Source: an uncultured Clostridia bacterium
GTDB taxonomy: Bacteria > Bacillota > Clostridia > TANB77 > CAG-508
Reading direction: 5' to 3'
DNA length: 60,369 nt
Assembly (NCBI GenBank): GCA_947306755.1
Contig: CAMZHI010000005.1
Span: 1-60,369 of the forward strand
Shown here: one piece after another, positions 36,879 to 46,321 of the stretch
Layout: every line of letters starts with the position of its first letter
Position numbering within the stretch: the first letter of the stretch is position 1
Notes under the pieces: generated by a model
Told to the model about the DNA's origin: nothing
The model's input: only the letters and a program-made list of their open reading frames with translations
Databases searched by the model: none
Program-made: the position numbers and the translations under genes

Positions 36879-38393
36879 ATGAAAAAAATCAGTGTTTTTT
36901 TAATTGCTATTATTCTTGTAGTTGTAGGTATTTTAGTTATTAGAAATAGAGAAAGTAAGTATAATTATAAAATAGAAGATATATCTGAGTTTAAATATTA
37001 TATATATAAAGATAGCGATTTTTTTGGAGTAATAGATGAAAATGGAAATATTATTATAGATGCTAAATACAATAAAGTTATTATTCCTAACCCAAGTAGA
37101 GATTTATTTGCTTGTTATACTGATGAAAAAGTTAGTATATTAAATTCGAAAAAAGAATTATTGTTTGATAATTTTGAAGTTGTTGAACCAGTAGAATTAA
37201 AAAATTTAGCAAGTACTTTGTCATATGAAAAAAGTGTATTAAAATACAAAAAAGATAATAAATATGGCTTGATTAGTTTTAATGGTAATATTATAACTAA
37301 AAATATATATGATTCAATTGAGAATCTTTCTTCAGTTGAAGGAAAATTTTTAGTATCAAAAAATAATAAATTTGGAGTTATTGATCTTAATGGAAATAGA
37401 TTAGTGGATACTAAGTATGATCAATGTAATTCTGATGGTTTATATAACAGAGAAAATGGCTTTATTAAATCAGGCTTTATTGTAATGAACAAAAAAGAAG
37501 ATGGATATAAATATGGTTATATCAGCTATACAGGAAAAAGATTATTAGATGTAAAATATAATGATATTGAAAGAATACAATTAAAAGATGAAAACAGCAT
37601 ATACCTTATAGTTTCAGAAAACGGAAAGTATGGCGTTTATAACAAATCAAAAAAAATAATAGAAAATAATTATCAAGAAATAACATATGATGATAATGTT
37701 AATCTTTTATTTTTACAAAAAAATAAAAAATATGGAGTTGCTTCTTTAAACGGAAATATTATAATTGATGTTAATTGTGATGAAATAAATTCAAGAGGAA
37801 TATATTTATATGTTTCAAATTCAGGAGATAATAAAGTATATGATTCAAATGCCAATATAATAGACATTAATTTTAATGCAAGTGTATATAATACACAAAA
37901 TGATGACTACAAAATTTCAACACTTTTAAATAATAACATTACTTATTATGGAATTATTGATAAGAATGGTAATAAATTAGTTGAAGATAGATATAGATAT
38001 ATAGAATATTTATATAAAAATTATTTTGTTGCTATAGATGATCAAGGTAATATTGGAATTATTAATAGTAATGGAAAAATTATTTTAGACATGAAATATA
38101 TTTCTATTCAAAAAATAAAAGAAAAAAATATTACTCAAGCTATAGATAGTAATGGTGTTGCAGAATTCTATTCTGAAACAATGGAAAAAGTATTTGAAAT
38201 CGAAAAGCCAAATATATCTACACAAGACGAATATGTTATAATTTCAAATGAACAGAATAAAATATATTTAGATAATAATGGTAATATTATAACTGATATA
38301 TCAAAATTAAAAAAAGAAAACTATCCAATTCAAATAGGAGAATATAAAAGAGAGCAAATAAAAATAGATAATATTTTCTATGTAAAAAAGTAA
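36879..38393 (+). CDS. Membrane-anchored WG-repeat (KWG-type beta-propeller-like) protein
   Basis: The N-terminal anchor is MKKISVFLIAIILVVVGILV. It has many repeats of the form K(Y/F)G(V/L)I(D/S)xNGNxIIxxKYDxI. An alternative upstream ATG at 36849 lacks an RBS. Confidence 0.7.
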   Translation: MKKISVFLIAIILVVVGILVIRNRESKYNYKIEDISEFKYYIYKDSDFFGVIDENGNIIIDAKYNKVIIPNPSRDLFACYTDEKVSILNSKKELLFDNFEVVEPVELKNLASTLSYEKSVLKYKKDNKYGLISFNGNIITKNIYDSIENLSSVEGKFLVSKNNKFGVIDLNGNRLVDTKYDQCNSDGLYNRENGFIKSGFIVMNKKEDGYKYGYISYTGKRLLDVKYNDIERIQLKDENSIYLIVSENGKYGVYNKSKKIIENNYQEITYDDNVNLLFLQKNKKYGVASLNGNIIIDVNCDEINSRGIYLYVSNSGDNKVYDSNANIIDINFNASVYNTQNDDYKISTLLNNNITYYGIIDKNGNKLVEDRYRYIEYLYKNYFVAIDDQGNIGIINSNGKIILDMKYISIQKIKEKNITQAIDSNGVAEFYSETMEKVFEIEKPNISTQDEYVIISNEQNKIYLDNNGNIITDISKLKKENYPIQIGEYKREQIKIDNIFYVKK

Positions 38394-38441
38394 CCAAAAA
38401 CTCTTTTTATGAATAAACTATTCATAAAAGGAGTTTTTATT

Positions 38442-39584
38442 ATGGATACATATTATTTTGATAATGCTGCAACCACTAAAGTAAAAAAAGAGGTTATAAA
38501 AGAAATGTTACCATATTTTAATTCTAAATATGGAAATCCTTCAGCAGTTTATTCTATGGCAAGAGAAGCAAAAAATGCAATTGAAAAAGCTAGGGAAAAG
38601 GTCGCATATTTAATAGGAGCGAATAAAAATGAAATATATTTTACAGGTTCAGGGACAGAGGCTGATAATACTGCTATAAAGGGAATTGCGGTAAAAGATA
38701 GATTTAAGGGAAATCATATAATTACAACAAAGATAGAACATAATGCTATTTTAGAAAGTTGTAAATTTCTTGAAACTCAAGGAATGAATGTAACTTATTT
38801 AAATGTTGACAAAAATGGATTTATTAATTTAGATGAATTAATGAATTCAATAACAGATAAAACAATATTAATTAGTGTAATGTTTGCAAATAATGAGATT
38901 GGAACAATAGAGCCGATAGAAGATATTGCCAAAATTGCAAAGGAAAAAAATATAGTATTTCATACAGATGCAGTTCAAGCTGTAGGAAATATAAAAATTG
39001 ATGTTAAGTCTATTGGAATAGATATGTTATCATTATCTGGGCATAAAATATATGGTCCAAAAGGAATAGGTGCATTATATGTTAAAAATGGTTTAGAATT
39101 TGAAAAATTTATAAATGGTGGACACCAGGAGAAAAATAAAAGAGCTGGAACTGAAAATACAGCAGGAATAGTAGGACTAGGAAAAGCATCTGAACTTGTA
39201 AAAGATAATATAGATAATCATATAGAACATATAAAAGAATTAAGAGATTATTATTTAGAACAAGTTAATAAAAGAATTAGTAATATTAGGATTAATGGTG
39301 CATTAAATGCAAGACTTCCAGGTAACAGTAATATATCTTTTAATGGAATAAGTGGAACAGATCTTTTATATGAATTAGATAATGTTGGAATATGTGCTTC
39401 AAGTGGCTCTGCATGTAATTCAGAAGAAACTACGCCATCTCATGTATTATCAGCAATTGGATTAGATGAACAAAGTGCTAAAAGTGCATTAAGAGTTACA
39501 TTTGGTGAATTTAATACAAAAGAAGAAATAGATTATTTAGTAGAAAATCTAGAGATTGCAGTAAATAAATTGAGAAATATGTGA
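38442..39584 (+). CDS. nifS: Cysteine desulfurase (NifS/IscS family, class V aminotransferase)
   Basis: ATG 38442 follows AAAGGAG. Motifs: YFDNAATT, the PLP lysine in LSGHKIYGPKGIGALYV, and the catalytic Cys loop ASSGSACNS. Confidence 0.85.
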   Translation: MDTYYFDNAATTKVKKEVIKEMLPYFNSKYGNPSAVYSMAREAKNAIEKAREKVAYLIGANKNEIYFTGSGTEADNTAIKGIAVKDRFKGNHIITTKIEHNAILESCKFLETQGMNVTYLNVDKNGFINLDELMNSITDKTILISVMFANNEIGTIEPIEDIAKIAKEKNIVFHTDAVQAVGNIKIDVKSIGIDMLSLSGHKIYGPKGIGALYVKNGLEFEKFINGGHQEKNKRAGTENTAGIVGLGKASELVKDNIDNHIEHIKELRDYYLEQVNKRISNIRINGALNARLPGNSNISFNGISGTDLLYELDNVGICASSGSACNSEETTPSHVLSAIGLDEQSAKSALRVTFGEFNTKEEIDYLVENLEIAVNKLRNM

Positions 39585-39597
39585 ATTACTATATATT

Positions 39598-39619
39598 GTG
39601 GGCGATTAAAATCGCCTCT
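39598..39619. repeat. Family C palindrome GGCGATTAAAATCGCC (third copy)
   Basis: GTGGGCGATTAAAATCGCCTCT shares 17 nt with the unit at 8628-8650 and sits just after the nifS stop. Confidence 0.7.
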
Positions 39620-39692
39620 TGAAATTTATAAAAAAAAATTATATAATTGTTTCCAAGATGAGTGAAATATAGTATATATAATTGAGGGTAAA

Positions 39693-40184
39693 ATGAATAT
39701 TAAAGAAAAGTATATGAAAAAGGCTATAGAGCAAGCAAAAAAAGCATATGATAAACTTGAAGTTCCAGTTGGAGCTGTAATTGTTAAAGATGGAAAAATA
39801 ATAGCAAGAGCATTTAATCAAAAAGAAACTAAATATGATACCACAAAACATGCAGAGATTTTAGCAATACAAAAAGCAAGTAAAAAGCTAAAATCATGGA
39901 GACTTTTAGATTGTGAAATGTATGTTACATTAGAACCATGCCCAATGTGTGCAGGTGCTATAATTCAGTCAAGAATAAAAAAAGTTTATTATGGAGTTGC
40001 AGATGAAAAAACAGGAGCAGTTGGCTCCAAACTAAATTTATTTAGAGATTTTACATTTAATCATAAAGTTGAATTTGAAAATTCTATTTTAGAAAAAGAA
40101 TGTAAAGAAATATTACAGAATTTTTTCAAAGAGCTTAGGACTCTTAAAATATCTCACCTTACACCTCCAACATCAAATTTATAG
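39693..40184 (+). CDS. tadA: tRNA adenosine(34) deaminase TadA
   Basis: Zinc motifs HAEILAI and PCPMCAGA are present, and RBS is GAGGG. The last ~14 codons (TLKISHLTPPTSNL) are encoded by a pyrimidine-rich family A half-element (40151-40174). Confidence 0.85.
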   Translation: MNIKEKYMKKAIEQAKKAYDKLEVPVGAVIVKDGKIIARAFNQKETKYDTTKHAEILAIQKASKKLKSWRLLDCEMYVTLEPCPMCAGAIIQSRIKKVYYGVADEKTGAVGSKLNLFRDFTFNHKVEFENSILEKECKEILQNFFKELRTLKISHLTPPTSNL

Positions 40185-40244
40185 TTTTTCACAGTATAGT
40201 ATACTCTAAAATTGATATAATAAAGGGAATGAAAGAAGAAAAAA

Positions 40245-40994
40245 ATGAGTAAACAAGGATTAAGTAAAAAAGTAATTCATATATGTATTATACTTGTATT
40301 AATAATAGGTATATTATTTACTGCAACAATACTTATATTAAAATATAATGAAAATGGAGAAATAAATATGCCATTTGTTGTTTCAAAAATAAGTATTATA
40401 TCTACAGTTGATGGACAAGATGTGGAAAACCCACAAGTAAAATGGGATTTAGAAGTTAATCAAAATAATGATATTTATATTTATGTTGAAAAAAATGATA
40501 AATATAATAAAACAGAAACTATTTCTTCTGTAAAAATTGAAAATTTAAGAGTTGAAAAGAATTCTGAGCTTGGAGATATAAAATTTTATAAGCAAAGCAA
40601 AGATGAAAAACAATTATATAAAAATGTAGATGAATATTTATTTGATGTTTTAGAATATAAAGGTTCAAAATCAAGTAATTCAAAAAATTTAGAAATATCA
40701 AATCAAGGTGGAATTATTGAATTTAGATGTGCTAATAATAATATCGGAACATATAAATCTGATGAAGATGTTGAAATTAATTATGAGGAATTGTTGAAAA
40801 AAATTAATATTAATGAAAAAGATTTAATTGCTAATATTTATTTTGATATGATTATTAATTTGGATTCTGGAAAGTCATTTAAAGGTGAAGATGTTAAACT
40901 TATAATTCCAAATCAAAATTTAATTAATGAAGGAAAAGTTGGAAAAGAAATCGATTATTCACAAAAAATTATATTTAAAAGAATTGAAAATTAA
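40245..40994 (+). CDS. Hypothetical membrane-anchored protein
   Basis: The 249-aa product has one N-terminal TM segment (VIHICIILVLIIGILFTATILIL). I recognised no family. Confidence 0.55.
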   Translation: MSKQGLSKKVIHICIILVLIIGILFTATILILKYNENGEINMPFVVSKISIISTVDGQDVENPQVKWDLEVNQNNDIYIYVEKNDKYNKTETISSVKIENLRVEKNSELGDIKFYKQSKDEKQLYKNVDEYLFDVLEYKGSKSSNSKNLEISNQGGIIEFRCANNNIGTYKSDEDVEINYEELLKKININEKDLIANIYFDMIINLDSGKSFKGEDVKLIIPNQNLINEGKVGKEIDYSQKIIFKRIEN

Positions 40995-41030
40995 AAGAGA
41001 TTTACTTATTTTTAGTAAATCTCTTTTAAA
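40994..41030. terminator. Bidirectional terminator between convergent genes
   Basis: A 13-bp stem AAAGAGATTTACT / AGTAAATCTCTTT is flanked by A and T runs. Confidence 0.65.
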
Positions 41031-41051
41031 AGAGAAAAAATAAACATTTTT

Positions 41052-41684
41052 TTATTTAGTTCCAAATATTCTGTCACCAGCATCTCCTAAACCAGGAACA
41101 ATATATGCGTTATCATTTAATTTCTCATCTATAGATGTGGTATAAATTTTTACATCTGGGTGAATTTCTTGTAATTTCTTAATTCCTTCAGGTGCTGCAA
41201 TAATACATAAAAATTTAATTTTTTTAACTCCATCTTCTTTAAGCATTGTAATAGTATCACAAGCCGAACCTCCTGTGGCAAGCATAGGATCTAAAACAAT
41301 TGCTTCACGTGAAGCTATATCTTTAGGCATTTTATAATAATATCTAACAGGATTATGAGTTTCCTCATTTCTATATAAACCAATATGACCTATTTTAGCA
41401 TTAGGAATAGCTTTAAGTAAGCCATCTAACATTCCAGTACCTGCTCTTAAGATTGGAACAAATGCATATTTATTTTCATTTAATTTTTTTACTTTTGTTT
41501 TACAAATAGGAGTTTCTATTTCAACTTCCTCAAGTTTAGCATCTGCCATAGCTTCATAGCATAAAAATGTTGCTAGTTCTCCAATTATTTCTCTAAATTC
41601 TTTTGTTCCAGTTTTTTTATCTCTTATGATTGCTAACTTATGTTGAATTAGAGGATTATCTAGTACTATTGTATTCATATTCAA
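41052..41684 (-). CDS. upp: Uracil phosphoribosyltransferase
   Basis: The 210-aa product has the [20 protein letters not shown]-terminus and the PRPP loop [12 protein letters not shown], and ends GDRIFGTK. Confidence 0.9.
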   Translation of the reverse strand: MNMNTIVLDNPLIQHKLAIIRDKKTGTKEFREIIGELATFLCYEAMADAKLEEVEIETPICKTKVKKLNENKYAFVPILRAGTGMLDGLLKAIPNAKIGHIGLYRNEETHNPVRYYYKMPKDIASREAIVLDPMLATGGSACDTITMLKEDGVKKIKFLCIIAAPEGIKKLQEIHPDVKIYTTSIDEKLNDNAYIVPGLGDAGDRIFGTK

Positions 41685-41750
41685 TTACTCCTTTCAATTA
41701 TTTAATACTTTTCATTACAATTTCGAACTTATAATAAATTATTTTATTGA

Positions 41751-43085
41751 CTATTCTTTTTCTTCAGGTAATAATATATTTAAAAGGATACCTGCTATAG
41801 CTGCTAAACTCATTCCAGATATTTCTATAGTTAAATTATTTCCTGTAGCAATAGAAAATGCAGCTCCTCCAAGACCTAATACTAACATGGCAGAAGCAAC
41901 TATAATATTTTTGTTCTTACTAAAATCAGTTTTGTTTTGTATTAGTACTTTTAGACCATTTACTGCTATAAATCCATATAATAGTAAAGATACACCTCCT
42001 AAAACTGGAGTAGGTATTGTTTGAACAAGTGCTGTAAATTTTCCAAGAAAGCCTAATATTATTGCTAATATGGCAGCTAATCCAATTACCCAAACAGAAG
42101 CAACTTTTGTCATACCAACAACTGAAGTGTTTTCTCCATAAGTTGTGTTTGCTGGACCTCCAAGCAAACCGGCAACAAATGTTGCAATACCATCACCTAA
42201 AAGAGTTTTATCCAAACCAGGATCTTTTAATAAATCTCTATCAAGAATAACGCTTAAAGCTTTGTGATCTCCAATATGCTCAGCCATAGTAACTAAAGCA
42301 ATTGGTGCCATTGTAAGAGCAATTAACCAATTAGGATGATAACTAATAAAAGGTACATGGAAGTTAGGTATTTGAAACCAACTAGATTGAGCTACTGTTT
42401 CAAAATTTACTAATCCAAATATGCATGCACTTATATAACCAACAATAATACCTATTAAAAATGGTATTATTTTAAAGAAGCCTTTTGCTTTAGTCATAGT
42501 TAAAGCTGTGACTAAAAATGCAATAAGTGCTACAATTGGACCTTTCCACTCTATACCTGATACTTGAATACTTTTATCAAATATATTGCCAACTGCACTA
42601 TTTGAAAGACTAAGACCAATTATCATAATCATTGGACCAACTACAATTGGTGGTAAAAGTTTGTCTATCCAGTTTTTACCTGCAAATCTTATAATTAAAG
42701 AAACTATAACATAAACAATTCCTATAACCATAATACCGGTCATTGCTCCGGCAATTCCACCTTGAATGCCACCATTTTCGCTTGATCCTGCTATATATGC
42801 TGCAACTATTGGAGCAATAAAAGCAAATGAACTTCCTAAAAATACGGGTGATTTTCCCTTAGTACAAAGAATATAGATTAATGTACCTATTCCAGCTGTA
42901 ACTAAAGCAACTGCAATAGATAAAGCTTCCCCCTCTACTCCTGCTGCAGCAATACCGTTATTAACCAATATTGGCACTAGAATTGTTGCACCAAACATTG
43001 CAAATACATGTTGTAAGGCTAAAATAATCCATTTAGTAATTGGTGGTTTTTCGTTAACATCATAAAGCAATTTTTTTTCTTCCAT
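41751..43085 (-). CDS. pyrP: Uracil/xanthine permease (NCS2 family)
   Basis: The 444-aa polytopic product contains LALQHVFAMFGATILVP and GENTSVVGMTKVASV motifs. It lies immediately upstream of upp in the same orientation. Confidence 0.85.
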   Translation of the reverse strand: MEEKKLLYDVNEKPPITKWIILALQHVFAMFGATILVPILVNNGIAAAGVEGEALSIAVALVTAGIGTLIYILCTKGKSPVFLGSSFAFIAPIVAAYIAGSSENGGIQGGIAGAMTGIMVIGIVYVIVSLIIRFAGKNWIDKLLPPIVVGPMIMIIGLSLSNSAVGNIFDKSIQVSGIEWKGPIVALIAFLVTALTMTKAKGFFKIIPFLIGIIVGYISACIFGLVNFETVAQSSWFQIPNFHVPFISYHPNWLIALTMAPIALVTMAEHIGDHKALSVILDRDLLKDPGLDKTLLGDGIATFVAGLLGGPANTTYGENTSVVGMTKVASVWVIGLAAILAIILGFLGKFTALVQTIPTPVLGGVSLLLYGFIAVNGLKVLIQNKTDFSKNKNIIVASAMLVLGLGGAAFSIATGNNLTIEISGMSLAAIAGILLNILLPEEKE

Positions 43086-43383
43086 TGAAGAATCCTCCTT
43101 ATAAAAAATTATGCAAAAAAAAATACTATTAAAATAGTATTAAATAAAAAGTAAAAATAGAAACAAAAACAAAACTTGTAGATTACAAGCTATAATTATT
43201 TTAAAAAAAATTTTTTTTTCATTTATTAATAGCATCGTTTTTGCACCTCTACAAAATAATACATTATTTGTTAAAAAAAATCAATAGATTCGTAAATAAA
43301 AAATTTTATAAATAACTCTTGCCAAATTTTTAGTTTTATTGTATAGTATGTAAGGTTGTAAAAAATGAAGGAAGGAAGGTAAA

Positions 43384-43704
43384 GTGAAAACATTTTTTGA
43401 TGGAGTATTTGTATCAAATAAAACTTTAAGGGAAGCTGGTGTACAATACCCCATAAAACTAGAGTATTATAAAACATCAGTAGAAGAAAATGTTGAAGCA
43501 CAATTTGGAATTGAAATTGTTAAAACTGAATATATAGATGGAAATGTTAATATTGAAACAAAAGAAGTAACTAATGTTACAGATGATGAAATCAAGCAAA
43601 ATGAAATATTAAATATATTAAAGAACTACGAAGTTACACCAATAGGATTAGAAGATGTTTTAAAAGAAGTGTTACCATTACAAGTAGCAGAAATGGAGTA
43701 TTAA
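43384..43704 (+). CDS. Hypothetical 106-aa acidic protein
   Basis: The GTG start follows GGAAGGAAGG. I recognised no family. Confidence 0.45.
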   Translation: MKTFFDGVFVSNKTLREAGVQYPIKLEYYKTSVEENVEAQFGIEIVKTEYIDGNVNIETKEVTNVTDDEIKQNEILNILKNYEVTPIGLEDVLKEVLPLQVAEMEY

Positions 43705-43856
43705 ATTGAAAAAGTTAGAATAAAAGATAGTTGACAGAGTCATACTATCTTTTTTTTATACTTTTCATTAGCTTGACTTTTAAGAAAAAAGTATATATAA
43801 TCTACAAGAATTAAGATGTTTTTCAAAAATATATGCGTAGGAGGAATTAAATTTTA

Positions 43857-45905
43857 ATGGCTGATAAATTAATTATTGTGGAATCACCTGCAAAGGCAAA
43901 TACAATAAAAAAGTTTTTAGGAGGAAGTACAAAAGTTGTGGCATCTATGGGACATATTAGAGATTTACCTAAATCTAAACTTGGAATAGATATTGAACAT
44001 GATTTTGAACCAGAATATATAAATATTAGAGGAAAAGGAGATTTGATAAAATCCTTAAAAAAAGATGCCGTATCAGCAAAAATGGTTTATCTTGCAACTG
44101 ACCCGGATCGTGAAGGAGAAGCAATAGCATGGCATTTGGCTAATATTTTAAATGTAGAAGATGATAAAATAACAAGAGTTACATTTAATGAAATAACAAA
44201 AACAGCAGTTCAAAAGGCTATAAAGGAATCAAGAAACATTGATATAAATCTCGTAAATGCACAGCAAGCAAGGAGAATATTAGATAGAATAGTAGGTTAT
44301 AAAATTAGTCCTGTTTTATGGAAAAAGGTTAAAAGAGGATTATCTGCGGGGAGAGTTCAATCTGTTGCAGTTAAATTAATAGTTGACAGAGAAGAGGAGA
44401 TTGAAAGCTTTATCCCTGAAGAATATTGGAATATAAATGTTAATCTATTAGATGAAAAAACAGGAAAAGATTTTATTGCTCATTTTGTTGGAAAATCAAG
44501 TAAAAAAATAGAACTTCATTCAAAAGACGATGTTGATAATATTTTAAAAGATATAAAAAATGCAAAATATATTGTAAAAGAAGTAAAAAAAGGCGAAAAA
44601 AAGAGAACACCTGCACCACCATTTACAACAAGTACTATGCAACAAGAGGCATCACGAAAAATTAATTTCACATTAAAGAAAACTATGAGTGTAGCTCAAG
44701 GACTATATGAAGGTGTAAAATTGCCACAGGGACATACTGGATTAATTACTTATATGAGAACAGATTCAACCAGAATTTCAAATGAAGCAAGAGATGTTGC
44801 AAAAGAAGTTATTAACAGAATATATGGAAAAGAGTATTATGAAAATAGATTTTATAAAACTTCAAAAGATGCTCAAGATGCACATGAAGCAATTCGTCCA
44901 ACACATATCGAACTTACACCTGATGATATTAAAGAATATTTATCTACAGATCAATATAAATTATATAAATTGATTTATAATAGATTTTTGGCTAGTCAAA
45001 TGGCTCCAGCTATTTATGATACTATGAATGTCTCAATTGATGCTAATAATTATGATTTTAAAGCTAGTGGACAAAGTTTGAAATTTAAAGGATTTATGGC
45101 TTTATATGTAGAAGGCTCAGATGAAAAAGAACCAGATGAACAAACTATGATTCCAGAACTTGAATTAAATCAAGAGGTTAAATTAAAAAAGATTGATCCA
45201 AAACAAAGCTTTACTGAACCGCCAAGTAGATATACAGAAGCGAGTCTAGTAAAGGCATTAGAAGAAAAAGGAATAGGAAGACCATCAACATATTCACCAA
45301 CAATTTCAACAATTTTAGATAGATTCTATATAAAAAAAGAACAAAAACAGCTTGTTCCAACAGATCTTGGAAAAGTTGTAAATAAACTTCTTGTAGAAAA
45401 TTTTGCAGATATTGTAAATGAAGAATTTACGGCAAATATAGAAACAGATTTTGATAAAATTGCAGAAGGAAAAGAAGAATGGAAAAAAATTGTAAGAGAA
45501 TTCTATAATCCATTTATAAAAGAAGTTGAAAAGGTAGAAAAAGATTTAGAACATGTTGAGATTCAGGATGAAGTTTCAGATGTAGTATGTGAAAACTGTG
45601 GAAGGCTTATGGTATATAAATATGGAAGATATGGTAAATTTTTAGCTTGTCCTGGTTTCCCAGAATGTAAAAATGCAAAACCTATTGTAGAGAAAATAGA
45701 TATTCCTTGTCCAGTTTGTGGAAAAACAGTTATAGTAAAAAAATCAAAACGAGGAAAAAAATTCTATGTTTGTGAAGATAATCCAGAAAAATGCAATTAT
45801 ATTTCATGGAATAAACCTAAAAAAGGAGAAATATGGACTCCTGAAGAAAATAAAAAAACAGTAAAAAAGAAAATAACCAAAAAAGGAACAAAAAGAAAAA
45901 AATAA
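43857..45905 (+). CDS. topA: DNA topoisomerase I
   Basis: The TOPRIM region shows LIIVESPAKA and DPDREGEAIAWH. The active-site region is LITYMRTDSTRIS. C-terminal Cys4 zinc ribbons (CENCG..CPGFPEC, CPVCG..) and a Lys-rich tail are present. Confidence 0.92.
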   Translation: MADKLIIVESPAKANTIKKFLGGSTKVVASMGHIRDLPKSKLGIDIEHDFEPEYINIRGKGDLIKSLKKDAVSAKMVYLATDPDREGEAIAWHLANILNVEDDKITRVTFNEITKTAVQKAIKESRNIDINLVNAQQARRILDRIVGYKISPVLWKKVKRGLSAGRVQSVAVKLIVDREEEIESFIPEEYWNINVNLLDEKTGKDFIAHFVGKSSKKIELHSKDDVDNILKDIKNAKYIVKEVKKGEKKRTPAPPFTTSTMQQEASRKINFTLKKTMSVAQGLYEGVKLPQGHTGLITYMRTDSTRISNEARDVAKEVINRIYGKEYYENRFYKTSKDAQDAHEAIRPTHIELTPDDIKEYLSTDQYKLYKLIYNRFLASQMAPAIYDTMNVSIDANNYDFKASGQSLKFKGFMALYVEGSDEKEPDEQTMIPELELNQEVKLKKIDPKQSFTEPPSRYTEASLVKALEEKGIGRPSTYSPTISTILDRFYIKKEQKQLVPTDLGKVVNKLLVENFADIVNEEFTANIETDFDKIAEGKEEWKKIVREFYNPFIKEVEKVEKDLEHVEIQDEVSDVVCENCGRLMVYKYGRYGKFLACPGFPECKNAKPIVEKIDIPCPVCGKTVIVKKSKRGKKFYVCEDNPEKCNYISWNKPKKGEIWTPEENKKTVKKKITKKGTKRKK

Positions 45906-45923
45906 TTTAATAAGAAATAATTA

Positions 45924-45958
45924 AAAACGATATCAATTTTAAATTGATGTCGTTTTTT
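45924..45958 (+). terminator. Terminator after topA
   Basis: The stem AAACGATATCAATTT / AAATTGATGTCGTTT is followed by a T-run. Confidence 0.7.
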
Positions 45959-46090
45959 GCTATTCACTATTTTTTCTCATAATTTATCAAATTTTTCTAT
46001 TTACATATACAAATAGATTTTTAAACAATCATGGTATTTTGTAAATAACATAAATGAGATGAACGCCTTAAAGAAAGGTGGTGAGAGAAA

Positions 46091-46141
46091 ATGGATTGGT
46101 ATGAGGCATTTGTTAGATGGCTAAAAAAATGGTTACAATAA
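46091..46141 (+). CDS. 16-codon Trp-rich amphipathic peptide ORF (MDWYEAFVRWLKKWLQ)
   Basis: A strong SD (AAAGGTGGTGAG, 46074-46085) lies 5 nt upstream of the ATG. A dedicated terminator follows directly. The ORF is below the ORF-track length cutoff. Confidence 0.4.
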   Translation: MDWYEAFVRWLKKWLQ

Positions 46142-46157
46142 AAGTTTTATAAAAAAA

Positions 46158-46196
46158 TTATAAGCAATAAAAAATATATTGCTTATAATTTTTTTA
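46158..46196 (+). terminator. Terminator/attenuator hairpin after the small ORF
   Basis: TTATAAGCAAT (46158-46168) pairs with ATTGCTTATAA (46178-46188) and is followed by T8. Confidence 0.65.
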
Positions 46197-46321
46197 TTAT
46201 ATATAATATAACATAATAAGAATATATAAAAAAAAGAGGAATTGAAATTTTAATATATAAAATTTTAGTTTAGTTTTAATAAAGTAAAATAAAGAAATTG
46301 AAGTTATAGGAGAAAGAACTT

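Noticed and set aside
39639-39851. 70-aa minus-strand ORF opposite the tadA start
   Set aside because: It is antisense to a confidently identified gene, has a Phe/Ile/Cys-rich composition and no RBS.
40185-40244. SRP (scRNA) gene, which follows tadA in Bacillus
   Set aside because: The gap is only 60 bp of AT-rich sequence and contains no GGAA-tetraloop domain IV motif.
42062-42250. Plus-strand 62-aa ORF inside pyrP, and 44782-44973 inside topA
   Set aside because: They are nested in well-supported genes in other frames or strands and have no translation signals.
43086-43270. PyrR-type attenuator in the pyrP-upp leader (minus strand)
   Set aside because: Two weak AT-rich hairpins with U-tracts exist (around 43117-43141 and 43176-43192 on the minus strand). 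I could not find the PyrR binding-loop consensus (ARUCCAGAGAGGYU); only UAGAGGUGC is present, which is insufficient.
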